Below are positions 1 to 10,142 of a stretch of DNA of 64,000 nucleotides, one piece after another. The position numbers were made by a program, and so were the translations under genes. Numbering within the stretch: the stretch's first letter is position 1; each line of letters begins with the position of its first letter. The notes under the pieces are model-generated. The model was not told the DNA's origin. It made no database searches and was given only the letters and a program-made list of their open reading frames with translations. This stretch comes from Escherichia coli. GTDB taxonomy: Bacteria > Pseudomonadota > Gammaproteobacteria > Enterobacterales > Enterobacteriaceae. The DNA is taken from the NCBI RefSeq assembly GCF_016026235.1, contig NZ_CP065613.1; one strand, 5' to 3'.

Positions 1-306
1 TAACACCTCACTCGAAAACACCAGAGTGAGTAACATAAGAATCATCGCCCCATATCGTCGTATGGGAGTCAAAATCATCAGGTCTCCTGGTCGGATTTAA
101 TCATTCCAACACCTTATATTTTTCACAAATTTGAGAGTTGAATCTCAAATCATATCAAAAATAGCTGTCAAGAGCACCCCAAGGAATAGTCCAAATCTGA
201 AACTATGTCACGTGTTAACGATTCAGATTGGCGCTAAATCGCAGAAAATGTGGGGTTTATCGCAAAATTCAGCCGTTTTTTGCGCGAGATCGCTCACCCT
301 TGCTTC

Positions 307-336
307 TCATCCTGTGGACTTACCGCTCAGGGATGA
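307..336 (+). promoter_or_regulatory. Candidate MalT boxes upstream of malS (TCATCC at 307-312, GGATGA at 331-336)
   Basis: Hexamers matching the MalT box GGA(T/G)GA lie 60-90 bp upstream of the malS start; malS is a known MalT-dependent gene. Assignment by motif only. Confidence 0.3.
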
Positions 337-397
337 GTTTTGTCTGGCTTATCGCTGGCAAACTGTCTGAAATCGCAGCAATAAGGACTCATCCGCC

Positions 398-2428
398 ATG
401 AAACTCGCCGCCTGTTTTCTGACACTCCTTCCTGGCTTCGCCGTTGCCGCCAGCTGGACTTCTCCGGGGTTCCCTGCCTTTAGTGAACAGGGAACGGGAA
501 CATTTGTCAGCCACGCGCAGTTGCCCAAAGGTACGCGTCCACTAACGCTACATTTTGACCAACAGTGCTGGCAGCCTGCGGATGCGATAAAACTCAATCA
601 GATGCTTTCCCTGCAACCCTGTAGCAACACGCCGCCTCAATGGCGATTGTTCAGGGACGGCGAATATACGCTGCAAATAGACACCCGCTCCGGCACGCCA
701 ACATTGATGATTTCCATCCAGAACGCCGCCGAACCGGTAGCAAGCCAGGTCCGTGTATGCCCGAAATGGGATGGATTACCGCTCACGCTGGATGTCAGCG
801 CCACTTTCCCGGAAGGAGCCGCCGTACGGGATTATTACAGCCAGCAAATTGCGATAGTGAAGAACGGTCAAATAACGTTACAACCCGCTGCCACCAGCAA
901 CGGTTTACTCCTGCTGGAACGGGCAGAAACTGACGCCTCTGCCCCTTTCGACTGGCATAACGCCACGGTTTACTTTGTGCTGACAGATCGTTTCGAAAAC
1001 GGCGATCCCAGTAATGACCAGAGTTACGGACGTCATAAAGACGGTATGGCGGAAATTGGCACTTTTCACGGCGGCGATTTACGCGGCCTGACCAACAAAC
1101 TGGATTACCTCCAGCAGTTGGGCGTTAATGCTTTATGGATAAGCGCCCCATTTGAGCAAATTCACGGCTGGGTCGGCGGCGGTACAAAAGGCGATTTCCC
1201 GCATTATGCCTACCACGGTTATTACACACAGGACTGGACGAATCTTGATGCCAATATGGGCAACGAAGCCGATCTACGGACGCTGGTTGATAGCGCACAT
1301 CAGCGCGGTATTCGTATTCTCTTTGATGTCGTGATGAACCACACCGGCTATGCCACGCTGGCGGATATGCAGGAGTATCAGTTTGGCGCGTTATATCTTT
1401 CTGGTGACGAAGTGAAAAAAACGCTGGGTGAACGCTGGAGCGACTGGAAACCTGCCGCCGGGCAAACCTGGCATAGCTTTAACGATTACATTAATTTCAG
1501 CGACAAAACAGGCTGGGATAAATGGTGGGGAAAAAACTGGATCAGAACGGATATCGGCGATTACGACAATCCTGGATTTGACGATCTCACTATGTCGCTG
1601 GCCTTTTTGCCGGATATCAAAACCGAATCAACTACCGCTTCTGGTCTGCCGGTGTTCTATAAAAACAAAACGGATACTCACGCTAAAGTCATCGAAGGCT
1701 TTACACCTCGCGATTACTTAACCCACTGGTTAAGTCAGTGGGTCCGCGACTATGGGATTGATGGTTTTCGGGTCGATACCGCCAAACATGTTGAGTTGCC
1801 CGCCTGGCAGCAACTGAAAACCGAAGCCAGCGCCGCGCTTCGCGAATGGAAAAAAGCTAACCCCGACAAAGCATTAGATGACAAACCTTTCTGGATGACC
1901 GGTGAAGCCTGGGGCCACGGCGTGATGCAAAGTGACTACTATCGCCACGGCTTCGATGCGATGATCAATTTCGATTATCAGGAGCAGGCGGAGAAAGCTG
2001 TCGATTGTATTGCGCAGATGGATACGACCTGGCAGCAAATGGCGGAGAAATTGCAGGGTTTCAACGTGTTGAGCTACCTCTCGTCGCATGATACCCGTCT
2101 GTTCCGTGAAGGGGGCGACAAAGCAGCAGAGTTATTACTATTAGCGCCAGGCGCGGTACAAATCTTTTATGGCGATGAATCCTCGCGTCCGTTCGGTCCT
2201 ACAGGTTCTGATCCGCTGCAAGGTACACGTTCGGATATGAACTGGCAGGATGTTAGCGGTAAATCTGCCGCCAACGTCGCGCACTGGCAGAAAATCAGCC
2301 AGTTCCGCGCCCGCCATCCCGCAATTGGCGCGGGCAAACAAACGACACTTTCGCTGAAGCAGGGCTACGGCTTTGTTCGTGAGCATGGCGACGATAAAGT
2401 GCTGGTCATCTGGGCTGGGCAACAGTGA
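398..2428 (+). CDS. malS: Periplasmic alpha-amylase MalS
   Basis: 676-aa ORF with a signal peptide (MKLAACFLTLLPGFAVAAS) and GH13 alpha-amylase motifs (DVVMNHTG, GFRVDTAKH); length matches E. coli MalS. Confidence 0.9.
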   Translation: MKLAACFLTLLPGFAVAASWTSPGFPAFSEQGTGTFVSHAQLPKGTRPLTLHFDQQCWQPADAIKLNQMLSLQPCSNTPPQWRLFRDGEYTLQIDTRSGTPTLMISIQNAAEPVASQVRVCPKWDGLPLTLDVSATFPEGAAVRDYYSQQIAIVKNGQITLQPAATSNGLLLLERAETDASAPFDWHNATVYFVLTDRFENGDPSNDQSYGRHKDGMAEIGTFHGGDLRGLTNKLDYLQQLGVNALWISAPFEQIHGWVGGGTKGDFPHYAYHGYYTQDWTNLDANMGNEADLRTLVDSAHQRGIRILFDVVMNHTGYATLADMQEYQFGALYLSGDEVKKTLGERWSDWKPAAGQTWHSFNDYINFSDKTGWDKWWGKNWIRTDIGDYDNPGFDDLTMSLAFLPDIKTESTTASGLPVFYKNKTDTHAKVIEGFTPRDYLTHWLSQWVRDYGIDGFRVDTAKHVELPAWQQLKTEASAALREWKKANPDKALDDKPFWMTGEAWGHGVMQSDYYRHGFDAMINFDYQEQAEKAVDCIAQMDTTWQQMAEKLQGFNVLSYLSSHDTRLFREGGDKAAELLLLAPGAVQIFYGDESSRPFGPTGSDPLQGTRSDMNWQDVSGKSAANVAHWQKISQFRARHPAIGAGKQTTLSLKQGYGFVREHGDDKVLVIWAGQQ

Positions 2429-2605
2429 CTTTTCCGGCTTCCCGTTCGTCAGTACCTCGGGAAGCCGCCAACCAGGATAAAATGTCAGCCCTAATCAGCG
2501 TTGCAGGATAAAGCACCGCTCACTCTTCAACAGACCGATTTGCACCCCAGCAAATGTAGCGTTATTGTTACCTTCCTTGCTACAGAGTTCGACAGATATC
2601 CCGCT

Positions 2606-3859
2606 ATGACATTCTCCCTTTTTGGTGACAAATTTACCCGCCACTCCGGCATTACGCTGCTGATGGAAGATCTGAACGACGGTTTACGCACGCCTGGCGC
2701 GATTATGCTCGGCGGCGGTAATCCGGCGCAGATCCCGGAAATGCAGGACTACTTCCAGACGCTACTGACCGACATGCTGGAAAGTGGCAAAGCGACTGAT
2801 GCACTGTGCAATTACGACGGTCCACAGGGGAAAACGGAGCTACTCACACTGCTTGCCGGAATGCTGCGCGAGAAGTTGGGTTGGGATATCGAAGCACAGA
2901 ATATTGCACTAACAAACGGCAGCCAGAGCGCGTTTTTCTACTTATTTAATCTGTTTGCCGGACGCCGTGCCGATGGTCGGGTCAAAAAAGTGCTGTTCCC
3001 GCTGGCACCGGAATACATTGGCTACGCTGACGCCGGACTGGAAGAAGATCTGTTTGTCTCTGCGCGTCCGAATATTGAACTGCTGCCGGAAGGCCAGTTT
3101 AAATACCACGTCGATTTTGAGCATCTGCATATTGGCGAAGAAACCGGGATGATTTGCGTCTCCCGGCCGACGAATCCAACAGGCAATGTGATTACTGACG
3201 AAGAGTTGCTGAAGCTTGACGCGCTGGCGAATCAACACGGCATTCCGCTGGTGATTGATAACGCTTATGGCGTCCCGTTCCCGGGTATCATCTTCAGTGA
3301 AGCGCGCCCGCTATGGAATCCGAATATCGTGCTGTGCATGAGTCTTTCCAAGCTGGGGCTGCCTGGCTCCCGCTGCGGCATTATCATCGCCAATGAAAAA
3401 ATCATCACTGCCATCACCAATATGAACGGCATTATCAGCCTGGCACCTGGCGGTATTGGTCCGGCGATGATGTGTGAAATGATTAAGCGTAACGATCTGC
3501 TGCGCCTGTCTGAAACAGTCATCAAACCGTTTTACTACCAGCGTGTTCAGGAAACTATCGCCATCATTCGCCGCTATTTACCGGAAGATCGCTGCCTAAT
3601 TCATAAACCAGAAGGAGCCATTTTCCTCTGGCTATGGTTTAAGGATTTGCCCATTACGACCGAGCAACTCTACCAGCGCCTGAAAGCACGCGGCGTGCTG
3701 ATGGTGCCGGGGCACAACTTCTTCCCGGGACTGGATAAACCGTGGCCGCATACGCATCAATGTATGCGCATGAACTACGTACCAGAGCCGGAGAAAATTG
3801 AGGCGGGGGTGAAGATTCTGGCGGAAGAGATAGAAAGAGCCTGGGCTGAAAGTCACTAA
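2606..3859 (+). CDS. avtA: Valine-pyruvate aminotransferase (alanine-valine transaminase)
   Basis: The ORF-track ORF 2501..3859 has an unsupported 5' extension; the internal ATG at 2606 gives a 417-aa product starting MTFSLFGDKF, matching the AvtA N-terminus. Class I/II aminotransferase with the SLSKLG PLP-lysine motif. Confidence 0.9.
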   Translation: MTFSLFGDKFTRHSGITLLMEDLNDGLRTPGAIMLGGGNPAQIPEMQDYFQTLLTDMLESGKATDALCNYDGPQGKTELLTLLAGMLREKLGWDIEAQNIALTNGSQSAFFYLFNLFAGRRADGRVKKVLFPLAPEYIGYADAGLEEDLFVSARPNIELLPEGQFKYHVDFEHLHIGEETGMICVSRPTNPTGNVITDEELLKLDALANQHGIPLVIDNAYGVPFPGIIFSEARPLWNPNIVLCMSLSKLGLPGSRCGIIIANEKIITAITNMNGIISLAPGGIGPAMMCEMIKRNDLLRLSETVIKPFYYQRVQETIAIIRRYLPEDRCLIHKPEGAIFLWLWFKDLPITTEQLYQRLKARGVLMVPGHNFFPGLDKPWPHTHQCMRMNYVPEPEKIEAGVKILAEEIERAWAESH

Positions 3860-3862
3860 AAA

Positions 3863-3965
3863 TTGCCTGATGCGCTACGCTTATCAGGCCTACATAATTT
3901 CTGCAATATATTGAATTTGGAAGAATTTGTAGGCCGGATAAGGCGTTTACGCCGCATCTGGCATA
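3863..3965. repeat. REP/BIME palindromic units
   Basis: Inverted copies of the REP consensus (GCCTGATGCGCTACGCTTATCAGGCCTAC … GTAGGCCGGATAAGGCGTTTACGCCGCATC) downstream of avtA. Confidence 0.8.
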
Positions 3966-4009
3966 AACAAAGCGCACTATTCCGGCGTTGAGAAACGCCG
4001 GAAAACGTT

Positions 4010-4489
4010 TCAAACAGGCTGCTGCCGTAGCCGATGCCGCTGCACTTTCTCGACATCCATGCACTGCAACGCCTTTGTCGGGCAGGCTTCAACACAGGCC
4101 GGCCCCGTCTCCCGATGCCAGCACAGATCGCACTTAATCGCCCTCGCCTTTTTGCGCGAAGAAACGACCTCCATCGCACCAAACGGGCAAGCCAGCATAC
4201 AGCTTTTACAGCCAATGCAACGTGTTTGTTCAACGAAAATATGCCCATGTTCGCGGCTTATCGCGTCAACAGGGCAGACATTCGCGCACGGTGCATCTTC
4301 ACACTGATGACAGGCTACTGCCGTGGTCCAGCTGTGGTCTTTAATGACACGAATACGGGAAATAAACTCGTCTGGTGACAACGCAGCGCAATCCTGATTC
4401 TCCTGATGCGACACTGCGCAAGCCACTTCACAGGTACGGCAACCGATACATTTCGTCGCATCCGCAATAATAAACCGGTTCATGATCAC
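4010..4489 (-). CDS. ysaA: 4Fe-4S ferredoxin-type protein
   Basis: 159-aa ORF with four CxxCxxCxxxCP cluster motifs; position downstream of avtA matches ysaA in E. coli. Confidence 0.8.
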   Translation of the reverse strand: MIMNRFIIADATKCIGCRTCEVACAVSHQENQDCAALSPDEFISRIRVIKDHSWTTAVACHQCEDAPCANVCPVDAISREHGHIFVEQTRCIGCKSCMLACPFGAMEVVSSRKKARAIKCDLCWHRETGPACVEACPTKALQCMDVEKVQRHRLRQQPV

Positions 4490-4726
4490 TCCTTTGCACT
4501 AAAACAGCAGAGTGCCAGAGAGCGCGTCCCTACTGCTTTGATCCAACGAAGGAAATGTTAAAGTTTTGGCACTTGTCCAAAGCGTTATGTGATCGCGCCC
4601 TGGTCGTCCCTGACAGTAAACCCCAGTTCATTAGAAATAGCCTGCGCGGTTTCACGCAGAGGTTTCAGGAGATTTTTCTCTCCCACCTGTTTCAGACGTG
4701 ATGTCGAAAGCGAAATCGACACGGCA

Positions 4727-5542
4727 CTACGAATTGATATGTTCCTTGCTGTAACGCCGCTTCCACGCTGCTGGCGTTAAACCGGTGTGTTTGCGAAAAA
4801 TCTGCCGGAAATAGCCAACGTCATTAAACCCGCACAACGCCGCCACTTCCGTGAGCGATCGCGCTTCGCTAATTAACAGCTTTTCGGCTTCGCGCACCCG
4901 CTGGCGATGGATTGCTTCTGTTAACGTCAGATGAAACACCCACCGGTAGACGCGCCCAAGATAATCGGCATTGCAGTACAGCTCGCGGGCCAGAAGCGCC
5001 GTAGAAAGCGGGCGATGATATTGCGTGCGGATCAGTTTCTGCGCTTTCCAGGCAAGGGTGGTGCCTGCGCCATCGGCCTGTTCATCAAGACGCGCGTCAC
5101 GGGTGAGCTGCTGCAAAATGAGCAGCACAATAAACTCCAGCGCCGGAGTGCGTTGATGCTTTTCCTGTTCGCTTAAGAACTGGCGAAACAGGGCCACCAG
5201 CGCCTGCGGATCGACAACCTTCGTTTGTTGCGGCACGCTAAGATGAGTAAGCCAGCGAGGGTCGTTGTCCGGCGCTTTAACCTCAAAATGCAGCCAGTAA
5301 AATTTGAGATCGGCGGGAAAATCCTCCACCCCAACATGTTGTCGGTTCGGCCAGAGTAATAAACTCTCTCCCGCATCGACCAGAAATATCCGTTCTTCTT
5401 CCTGAATCGTTAATCGACCTTTTTCGACAAAGATAATTTCCCATGACTCCAGCCGCCTTGCAGGATGCCTCCCTACGCCACGGGAAATAAATAATCCACC
5501 ATTTTGCACTTTAATCGGTAACGTCATGGATAATTCGAGCAT
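4727..5542 (-). CDS. AraC/XylS-family transcriptional regulator (cupin sensor domain plus C-terminal HTH)
   Basis: 271-aa ORF with a C-terminal AraC-type HTH signature (…TEVAALCGFNDVGYFRQIFRKHTGLTPAAWKR); divergent from the adjacent transporter gene. Confidence 0.8.
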   Translation of the reverse strand: MLELSMTLPIKVQNGGLFISRGVGRHPARRLESWEIIFVEKGRLTIQEEERIFLVDAGESLLLWPNRQHVGVEDFPADLKFYWLHFEVKAPDNDPRWLTHLSVPQQTKVVDPQALVALFRQFLSEQEKHQRTPALEFIVLLILQQLTRDARLDEQADGAGTTLAWKAQKLIRTQYHRPLSTALLARELYCNADYLGRVYRWVFHLTLTEAIHRQRVREAEKLLISEARSLTEVAALCGFNDVGYFRQIFRKHTGLTPAAWKRRYSKEHINS

Positions 5543-5591
5543 TGATATGTAATTTCCCGCTTATTCATTAATGATTAAACACATTACCTTT

Positions 5592-5604
5592 TGATTATTA
5601 ATCA
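5592..5604. promoter_or_regulatory. Perfect 13-bp palindrome TGATTATTAATCA in the divergent promoter region (candidate operator)
   Basis: Seen directly in the 225-bp AT-rich spacer between the AraC-family gene and the GPH transporter gene; a second TTAATGATTAA half-palindrome lies about 25 bp upstream. Confidence 0.3.
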
Positions 5605-5767
5605 AAAATATTAATTTCACCTGATCCATTTCACACTTTTAAATTCAGGTCGGAATCGTCACCTTTTTTTACTCTTTTCTCGCCTTGTTGATATTCCCGT
5701 TCACGGCAGAATTAATCAGGTCATTTCAATAAAACTAAAAATTGCTCCCTATTCACGAGGAATATCT

Positions 5768-7168
5768 ATGACCTCTACACCGATTACTACCGCTGATATC
5801 GCTAAAGGTAAAATTGACGATGCGTTATCTGTACGGGAAAAAATAGGCTACGGCCTGGGTGACGCAGGCGGCACCGTAATAACTTGCCTGATCATGAATT
5901 TTCTCACCTTTTTCTACACCGACGTTTTTGGATTAACTCCGGCGCTGGTTGGCACGCTGTTTATTGCACTGCGCGTGTTTGATGCCATCTCCGACCCGGT
6001 GATGGGCGTCATTGCCGACCGGACGCAAAGTCGCTGGGGGCGCTTTCGCCCGTGGCAGCTATGGATTGCCATTCCCATCGGCATTATCGGCATCCTGACG
6101 TTCACCGTGCCAGATGCCAGCATGGGAGTAAAAATCGCCTGGGCGTTCGGTACTTACCTGCTCCTTTCAGTCGGTTATACCGCCATCAACGTACCGTACT
6201 GCGCGCTGATCAACACCATGACCACCCGCCACAATGAAGTGATCTCCTGCCAGTCCTGGCGATTCGTTCTCTGTGGCGTAGCGGGATTTCTGGTTTCGGT
6301 AGGCTTACCGTGGATGGTAGATCTCTTCGGTCAGGGTAATGCCGCGCGCGGCTATCAATTGGGCGTCGGCGTGCTGTGCGCCATTGCCGTGGTGATGTTC
6401 CTGTGCTGTTTTTTCTGGGTTCGTGAACGGGTGCCACTCTCCACAATGGGGAAATTTACCCTGCGCGAACATCTTGCCGAGCTGCGGAACAACGACCAAC
6501 TGCTGCTGATGCTGGTCATGTCTTTCCTGCTGATTAACGTCTTTAACATTCGCGGCGGTGGGTATATGTACTTCATTACCTACGTCTTACAAGGCAGTAC
6601 GGGCTACACGTCGCTGTTCTTCACCATGGTCACCTTCGCCTCCATTATCGGCTCGGTGATTGTCAGCCCGTTAACGCGGCGTTTCGATACCGTCAAAATT
6701 TACTACTACACCAACCTGCTCCTCGCTGCGCTGGCGGTGTTGATGTGGTTCCTGCCCTCCGGCCCGGCTTATCAAACGCTGTGGCTGGCGGTGATCCTCG
6801 GTAATGGCGTAATTCTTGGCTTCACATTGCCACTGCACTTCTCATTGATGGCCTTTGCCGATGACTACGGCGAGTGGAAAACCCGCGTACGTTCTTCCGG
6901 CATGAACTTCGCCTTCAATCTGTTTTTCATCAAGCTGGCCTGGGCCTCCAGCGCCGGGATCATCAGCCTGCTGTTTATTTTTGTCGCCTACCAGCCAGGC
7001 GTGGAAAACCAGACCACCAGTTCGCTTGGCGGGATCGCGGCGATGGAAACATTACTGCCTGCGCTATTCCACCTGCTGCTGGCAGGGGCGATCCGCTTTT
7101 GCAAACTCAATAATCCTATGATGTCACGCATAGCTACCGACCTGCGTCAGCGTCATGTACAGCCTTAA
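5768..7168 (+). CDS. Glycoside-pentoside-hexuronide (GPH/MelB-like) cation symporter
   Basis: 466-aa ORF with about 12 predicted hydrophobic helices and the GPH N-terminal signature ([12 protein letters not shown] … [25 protein letters not shown]); resembles the YicJ/MelB family. Confidence 0.8.
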   Translation: MTSTPITTADIAKGKIDDALSVREKIGYGLGDAGGTVITCLIMNFLTFFYTDVFGLTPALVGTLFIALRVFDAISDPVMGVIADRTQSRWGRFRPWQLWIAIPIGIIGILTFTVPDASMGVKIAWAFGTYLLLSVGYTAINVPYCALINTMTTRHNEVISCQSWRFVLCGVAGFLVSVGLPWMVDLFGQGNAARGYQLGVGVLCAIAVVMFLCCFFWVRERVPLSTMGKFTLREHLAELRNNDQLLLMLVMSFLLINVFNIRGGGYMYFITYVLQGSTGYTSLFFTMVTFASIIGSVIVSPLTRRFDTVKIYYYTNLLLAALAVLMWFLPSGPAYQTLWLAVILGNGVILGFTLPLHFSLMAFADDYGEWKTRVRSSGMNFAFNLFFIKLAWASSAGIISLLFIFVAYQPGVENQTTSSLGGIAAMETLLPALFHLLLAGAIRFCKLNNPMMSRIATDLRQRHVQP

Positions 7169-7178
7169 GGAGCACAAG

Positions 7179-9158
7179 ATGAACATTTCGGAAGTCGATC
7201 TGCATAAACTGACGGTCAGCGATCCGTTCCTCGGTCAGTACCAACAACTGGTCCGCGACGTGGTGATTCCTTATCAGTGGGATGCCTTGAACGATCGTAT
7301 CCCAGAAGCGGAACCCAGCCATGCGATTGAAAACTTTCGCATTGCCGCCGGACTTCAGGAGGGTGAATTTTACGGGATGGTGTTTCAGGACAGCGACGTC
7401 GCCAAATGGCTGGAAGCGGTAGCCTGGTCGCTGTGCCAGAAGCCGGACGCCGAACTGGAAAAAACCGCCGACGAGGTAATCGAACTGATCGCCTCCGCCC
7501 AATGCGAAGACGGCTATCTCAATACTTACTTTACGGTAAAAGCACCCGAAGAACGCTGGAGCAATCTGGCGGAGTGTCATGAACTTTACTGCGCAGGTCA
7601 TCTGATTGAAGCCGGAGTCGCCTTCTTCCAGGCCACGGGAAAACGGCGCTTGCTGGGGGTCGTTTGCCGCCTGGCCGATCATATCGACAGCGTATTTGGT
7701 CCAGATGAAAGTAAGTTACACGGTTATCCTGGTCACCCGGAAATTGAACTGGCACTAATGCGCCTGTATGAAGTGACTGAAGAGCCGCGCTACCTGGCGC
7801 TGACGAACTATTTTGTCGAACAGCGTGGTGCGCAACCGCACTATTACGACCAGGAATATGAAAAGCGCGGGCAGACATCGCACTGGCACACCTACGGCCC
7901 GGCGTGGATGGTGAAAGACAAAGCCTACAGCCAGGCACATTTGCCCCTTGCGCAACAGCAAACCGCCATCGGTCACGCGGTACGTTTTGTCTATCTGATG
8001 ACCGGCGTCGCGCATCTCGCGCGTTTAAGTCACGATGACAGCAAGCGTCAGGACTGCCTGCGGCTGTGGAACAATATGGCCCAGCGTCAGTTATATATTA
8101 CCGGCGGCATTGGCTCGCAAAGCAGCGGCGAAGCGTTCACTAGCGATTACGATCTGCCGAATGACACGGTATACGCTGAAAGTTGCGCCTCCATCGGCCT
8201 GATGATGTTTGCCCGACGAATGCTGGAAATGGAAGGCGACAGTCAATATGCCGATGTGATGGAGCGCGCACTGTACAACACCGTGCTCGGCGGCATGGCG
8301 CTGGATGGCAAACATTTCTTCTATGTGAATCCGCTGGAAGTACATCCAAAATCGCTGAAATTCAACCATATCTACGATCACGTTAAACCGATCCGCCAGC
8401 GTTGGTTTGGCTGCGCTTGTTGTCCGCCAAATATCGCCCGCGTGCTGACCTCGATTGGTCATTATCTCTACACGCCGCGTGAAGATGCGTTGTATATCAA
8501 CATATACGCAGGAAACAGCATGGAAGTGCCGGTAGAAAATGGCACGCTGCGCCTGCGGGTTAGCGGGAACTATCCGTGGCAGGAGCAGGTGACGATTGCG
8601 GTTGAATCGCCCCAGCCGGTACGTCATACGCTGGCTTTACGTCTGCCGGACTGGTGCACACAGCCGCAGATCATATTGAATGGGGAAGAGGTCGAGCAGG
8701 ATATTCGTAAAGGGTATTTGCACATTACCCGCGAATGGCAGGAGGGCGATACGCTGAATCTGACTTTGCCGATGCCGGTACGCCGCGTTTACGGTAACCC
8801 GCTGGTGCGTCACGTCGCCGGAAAAGTGGCGATTCAGCGCGGCCCGCTGGTGTATTGCCTGGAACAGGCCGACAACGGCGAGTCACTGCATAATCTGTGG
8901 CTGCCCACCGATGCGCCATTTACGACATTTGAAGGCAAGGGATTGTTTAGCCATAAGATCTTAATCCAGGCACCGGGTTACCGGTATGAACAGAGCAATC
9001 CAGAGCAGCAACCGCTGTGGCATTACGACAGCGCGCCAGCCAAACGCCAGCCGCAAACTCTGACCTTTATCCCGTGGTTTAGCTGGGCTAACCGGGGCGA
9101 AGGCGAAATGCGGATCTGGGTGAATGAGGAAAAGCATCGCCATCCGGAGGTTGGATAA
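7179..9158 (+). CDS. Glycoside hydrolase family 127-like protein (DUF1680, beta-L-arabinofuranosidase family)
   Basis: A start at ATG 7179 is preceded by an AAGGAG RBS; the ORF-track start at 7155 overlaps the transporter stop. The 659-aa product contains a Cys-rich CACCPPN motif of the kind found in GH127 enzymes. Confidence 0.7.
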   Translation: MNISEVDLHKLTVSDPFLGQYQQLVRDVVIPYQWDALNDRIPEAEPSHAIENFRIAAGLQEGEFYGMVFQDSDVAKWLEAVAWSLCQKPDAELEKTADEVIELIASAQCEDGYLNTYFTVKAPEERWSNLAECHELYCAGHLIEAGVAFFQATGKRRLLGVVCRLADHIDSVFGPDESKLHGYPGHPEIELALMRLYEVTEEPRYLALTNYFVEQRGAQPHYYDQEYEKRGQTSHWHTYGPAWMVKDKAYSQAHLPLAQQQTAIGHAVRFVYLMTGVAHLARLSHDDSKRQDCLRLWNNMAQRQLYITGGIGSQSSGEAFTSDYDLPNDTVYAESCASIGLMMFARRMLEMEGDSQYADVMERALYNTVLGGMALDGKHFFYVNPLEVHPKSLKFNHIYDHVKPIRQRWFGCACCPPNIARVLTSIGHYLYTPREDALYINIYAGNSMEVPVENGTLRLRVSGNYPWQEQVTIAVESPQPVRHTLALRLPDWCTQPQIILNGEEVEQDIRKGYLHITREWQEGDTLNLTLPMPVRRVYGNPLVRHVAGKVAIQRGPLVYCLEQADNGESLHNLWLPTDAPFTTFEGKGLFSHKILIQAPGYRYEQSNPEQQPLWHYDSAPAKRQPQTLTFIPWFSWANRGEGEMRIWVNEEKHRHPEVG

Positions 9159-9262
9159 GGCGCTCGCGCCGCATCCAACGTAGGGAGCACATTGCCTGAT
9201 GCGACGCTTAATACGTCTTATCAGGCATACGAGTCGGTGCGAGAGCGTAGGCCAGCCGCACC
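9159..9262. repeat. REP-like palindromic units
   Basis: GCCTGATGCGACGCTTAATACGTCTTATCAGGCATAC and flanking GC-rich inverted repeats between the GH127-like gene and yiaT. Confidence 0.6.
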
Positions 9263-9278
9263 GACATCCACCGGTGAA

Positions 9279-10019
9279 TTAAAAACGCCAGCTCACGCCG
9301 GTGACAAAGGTAAAACTCTCATTACGATCAATCATCGGGCTGTCGGTAACCTCTTCCGGCAGCTCGCTGTATCCTGCGCTCGCCATCAATACGACGTGCT
9401 CTCCTATCGGGTATTTTGCCGTCAGGCTGACATAGGGCACCCAGGCATCCTGCGCGGAATAACTTGCCAGACCGCTACGACGGGACTCACTCTCTGAAAT
9501 GCCATAGTAATAGTCACTGAAATTCTCGTCATAATAGAGAACGCCCAGCGCAGGTGTCAGCGACAGACGACCTATCTGCATTTTGTGGAATACCGATAGC
9601 TCCCCCACCCAGCCGTTGCTGTTATCCAGAACGTCCGCAGCTGCAGAGGCTTTCACGGTTCCCCAACGCTCGTGGTGATACCAGGCAACCCCCGCCATAG
9701 CCGTACTATCACGCTTATCAAGCTGTTGCATGACATAATCGTCATTATCGGCAGGGTCAAATTCCAGCGGCATCCAGGATGCGGTCAGGCTAAGTTCATT
9801 TTTTTCACTTTGCGACAGAATAAAACCTAACGTGGTCTGACGAACATAAAAAGTATCACCTTCATAGCTAATCAGCGGAATTGCCTTTGTATTTTCATTA
9901 TAACCGCGATAAGGTGATTCATTATAAGCCGCACCGGCACCAATGGATAATTCAGGAGCAGTTGCGCTTGCCATAAAAGGCAACGCAAATAACGCCACAA
10001 TATTGCGGTTAATTAACAT
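9279..10019 (-). CDS. yiaT: MipA/OmpV-family outer-membrane protein
   Basis: 246-aa ORF with a signal peptide (MLINRNIVALFALPFMASATA) and a C-terminal aromatic residue (…GVSWRF) typical of beta-barrels; length and position match YiaT. Confidence 0.8.
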   Translation of the reverse strand: MLINRNIVALFALPFMASATAPELSIGAGAAYNESPYRGYNENTKAIPLISYEGDTFYVRQTTLGFILSQSEKNELSLTASWMPLEFDPADNDDYVMQQLDKRDSTAMAGVAWYHHERWGTVKASAAADVLDNSNGWVGELSVFHKMQIGRLSLTPALGVLYYDENFSDYYYGISESESRRSGLASYSAQDAWVPYVSLTAKYPIGEHVVLMASAGYSELPEEVTDSPMIDRNESFTFVTGVSWRF

Positions 10020-10142
10020 GTCCGGTATTCCATTTTAAAATAAGATAAAAAAGAGTCGGCATAGTAATGCTTACAATTTCTCCGGTGCAAGATTCATATT
10101 TATATAGTAATATATAAAATTATATATAATTGGGCTGTTGCG

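Noticed and set aside
131-597. Small ORFs (131..370 plus, 349..597 minus) at the malS promoter and 5' end
   Set aside because: They are short, overlap the malS start region and have no recognisable product; probably non-coding. The first roughly 130 bp might hold the 5' end of the upstream neighbour on the minus strand, but I cannot support a call from this fragment.
3654-4248. Overlapping minus-strand ORFs across the avtA 3' end and REP cluster (3654..4064, 3856..4248)
   Set aside because: They run through REP palindromes and antisense to avtA; REP elements commonly create spurious open frames.
7134-7682. 182-aa minus-strand ORF spanning the transporter/GH127 junction
   Set aside because: It is antisense to the 5' part of the well-supported GH127-like gene; no independent evidence.
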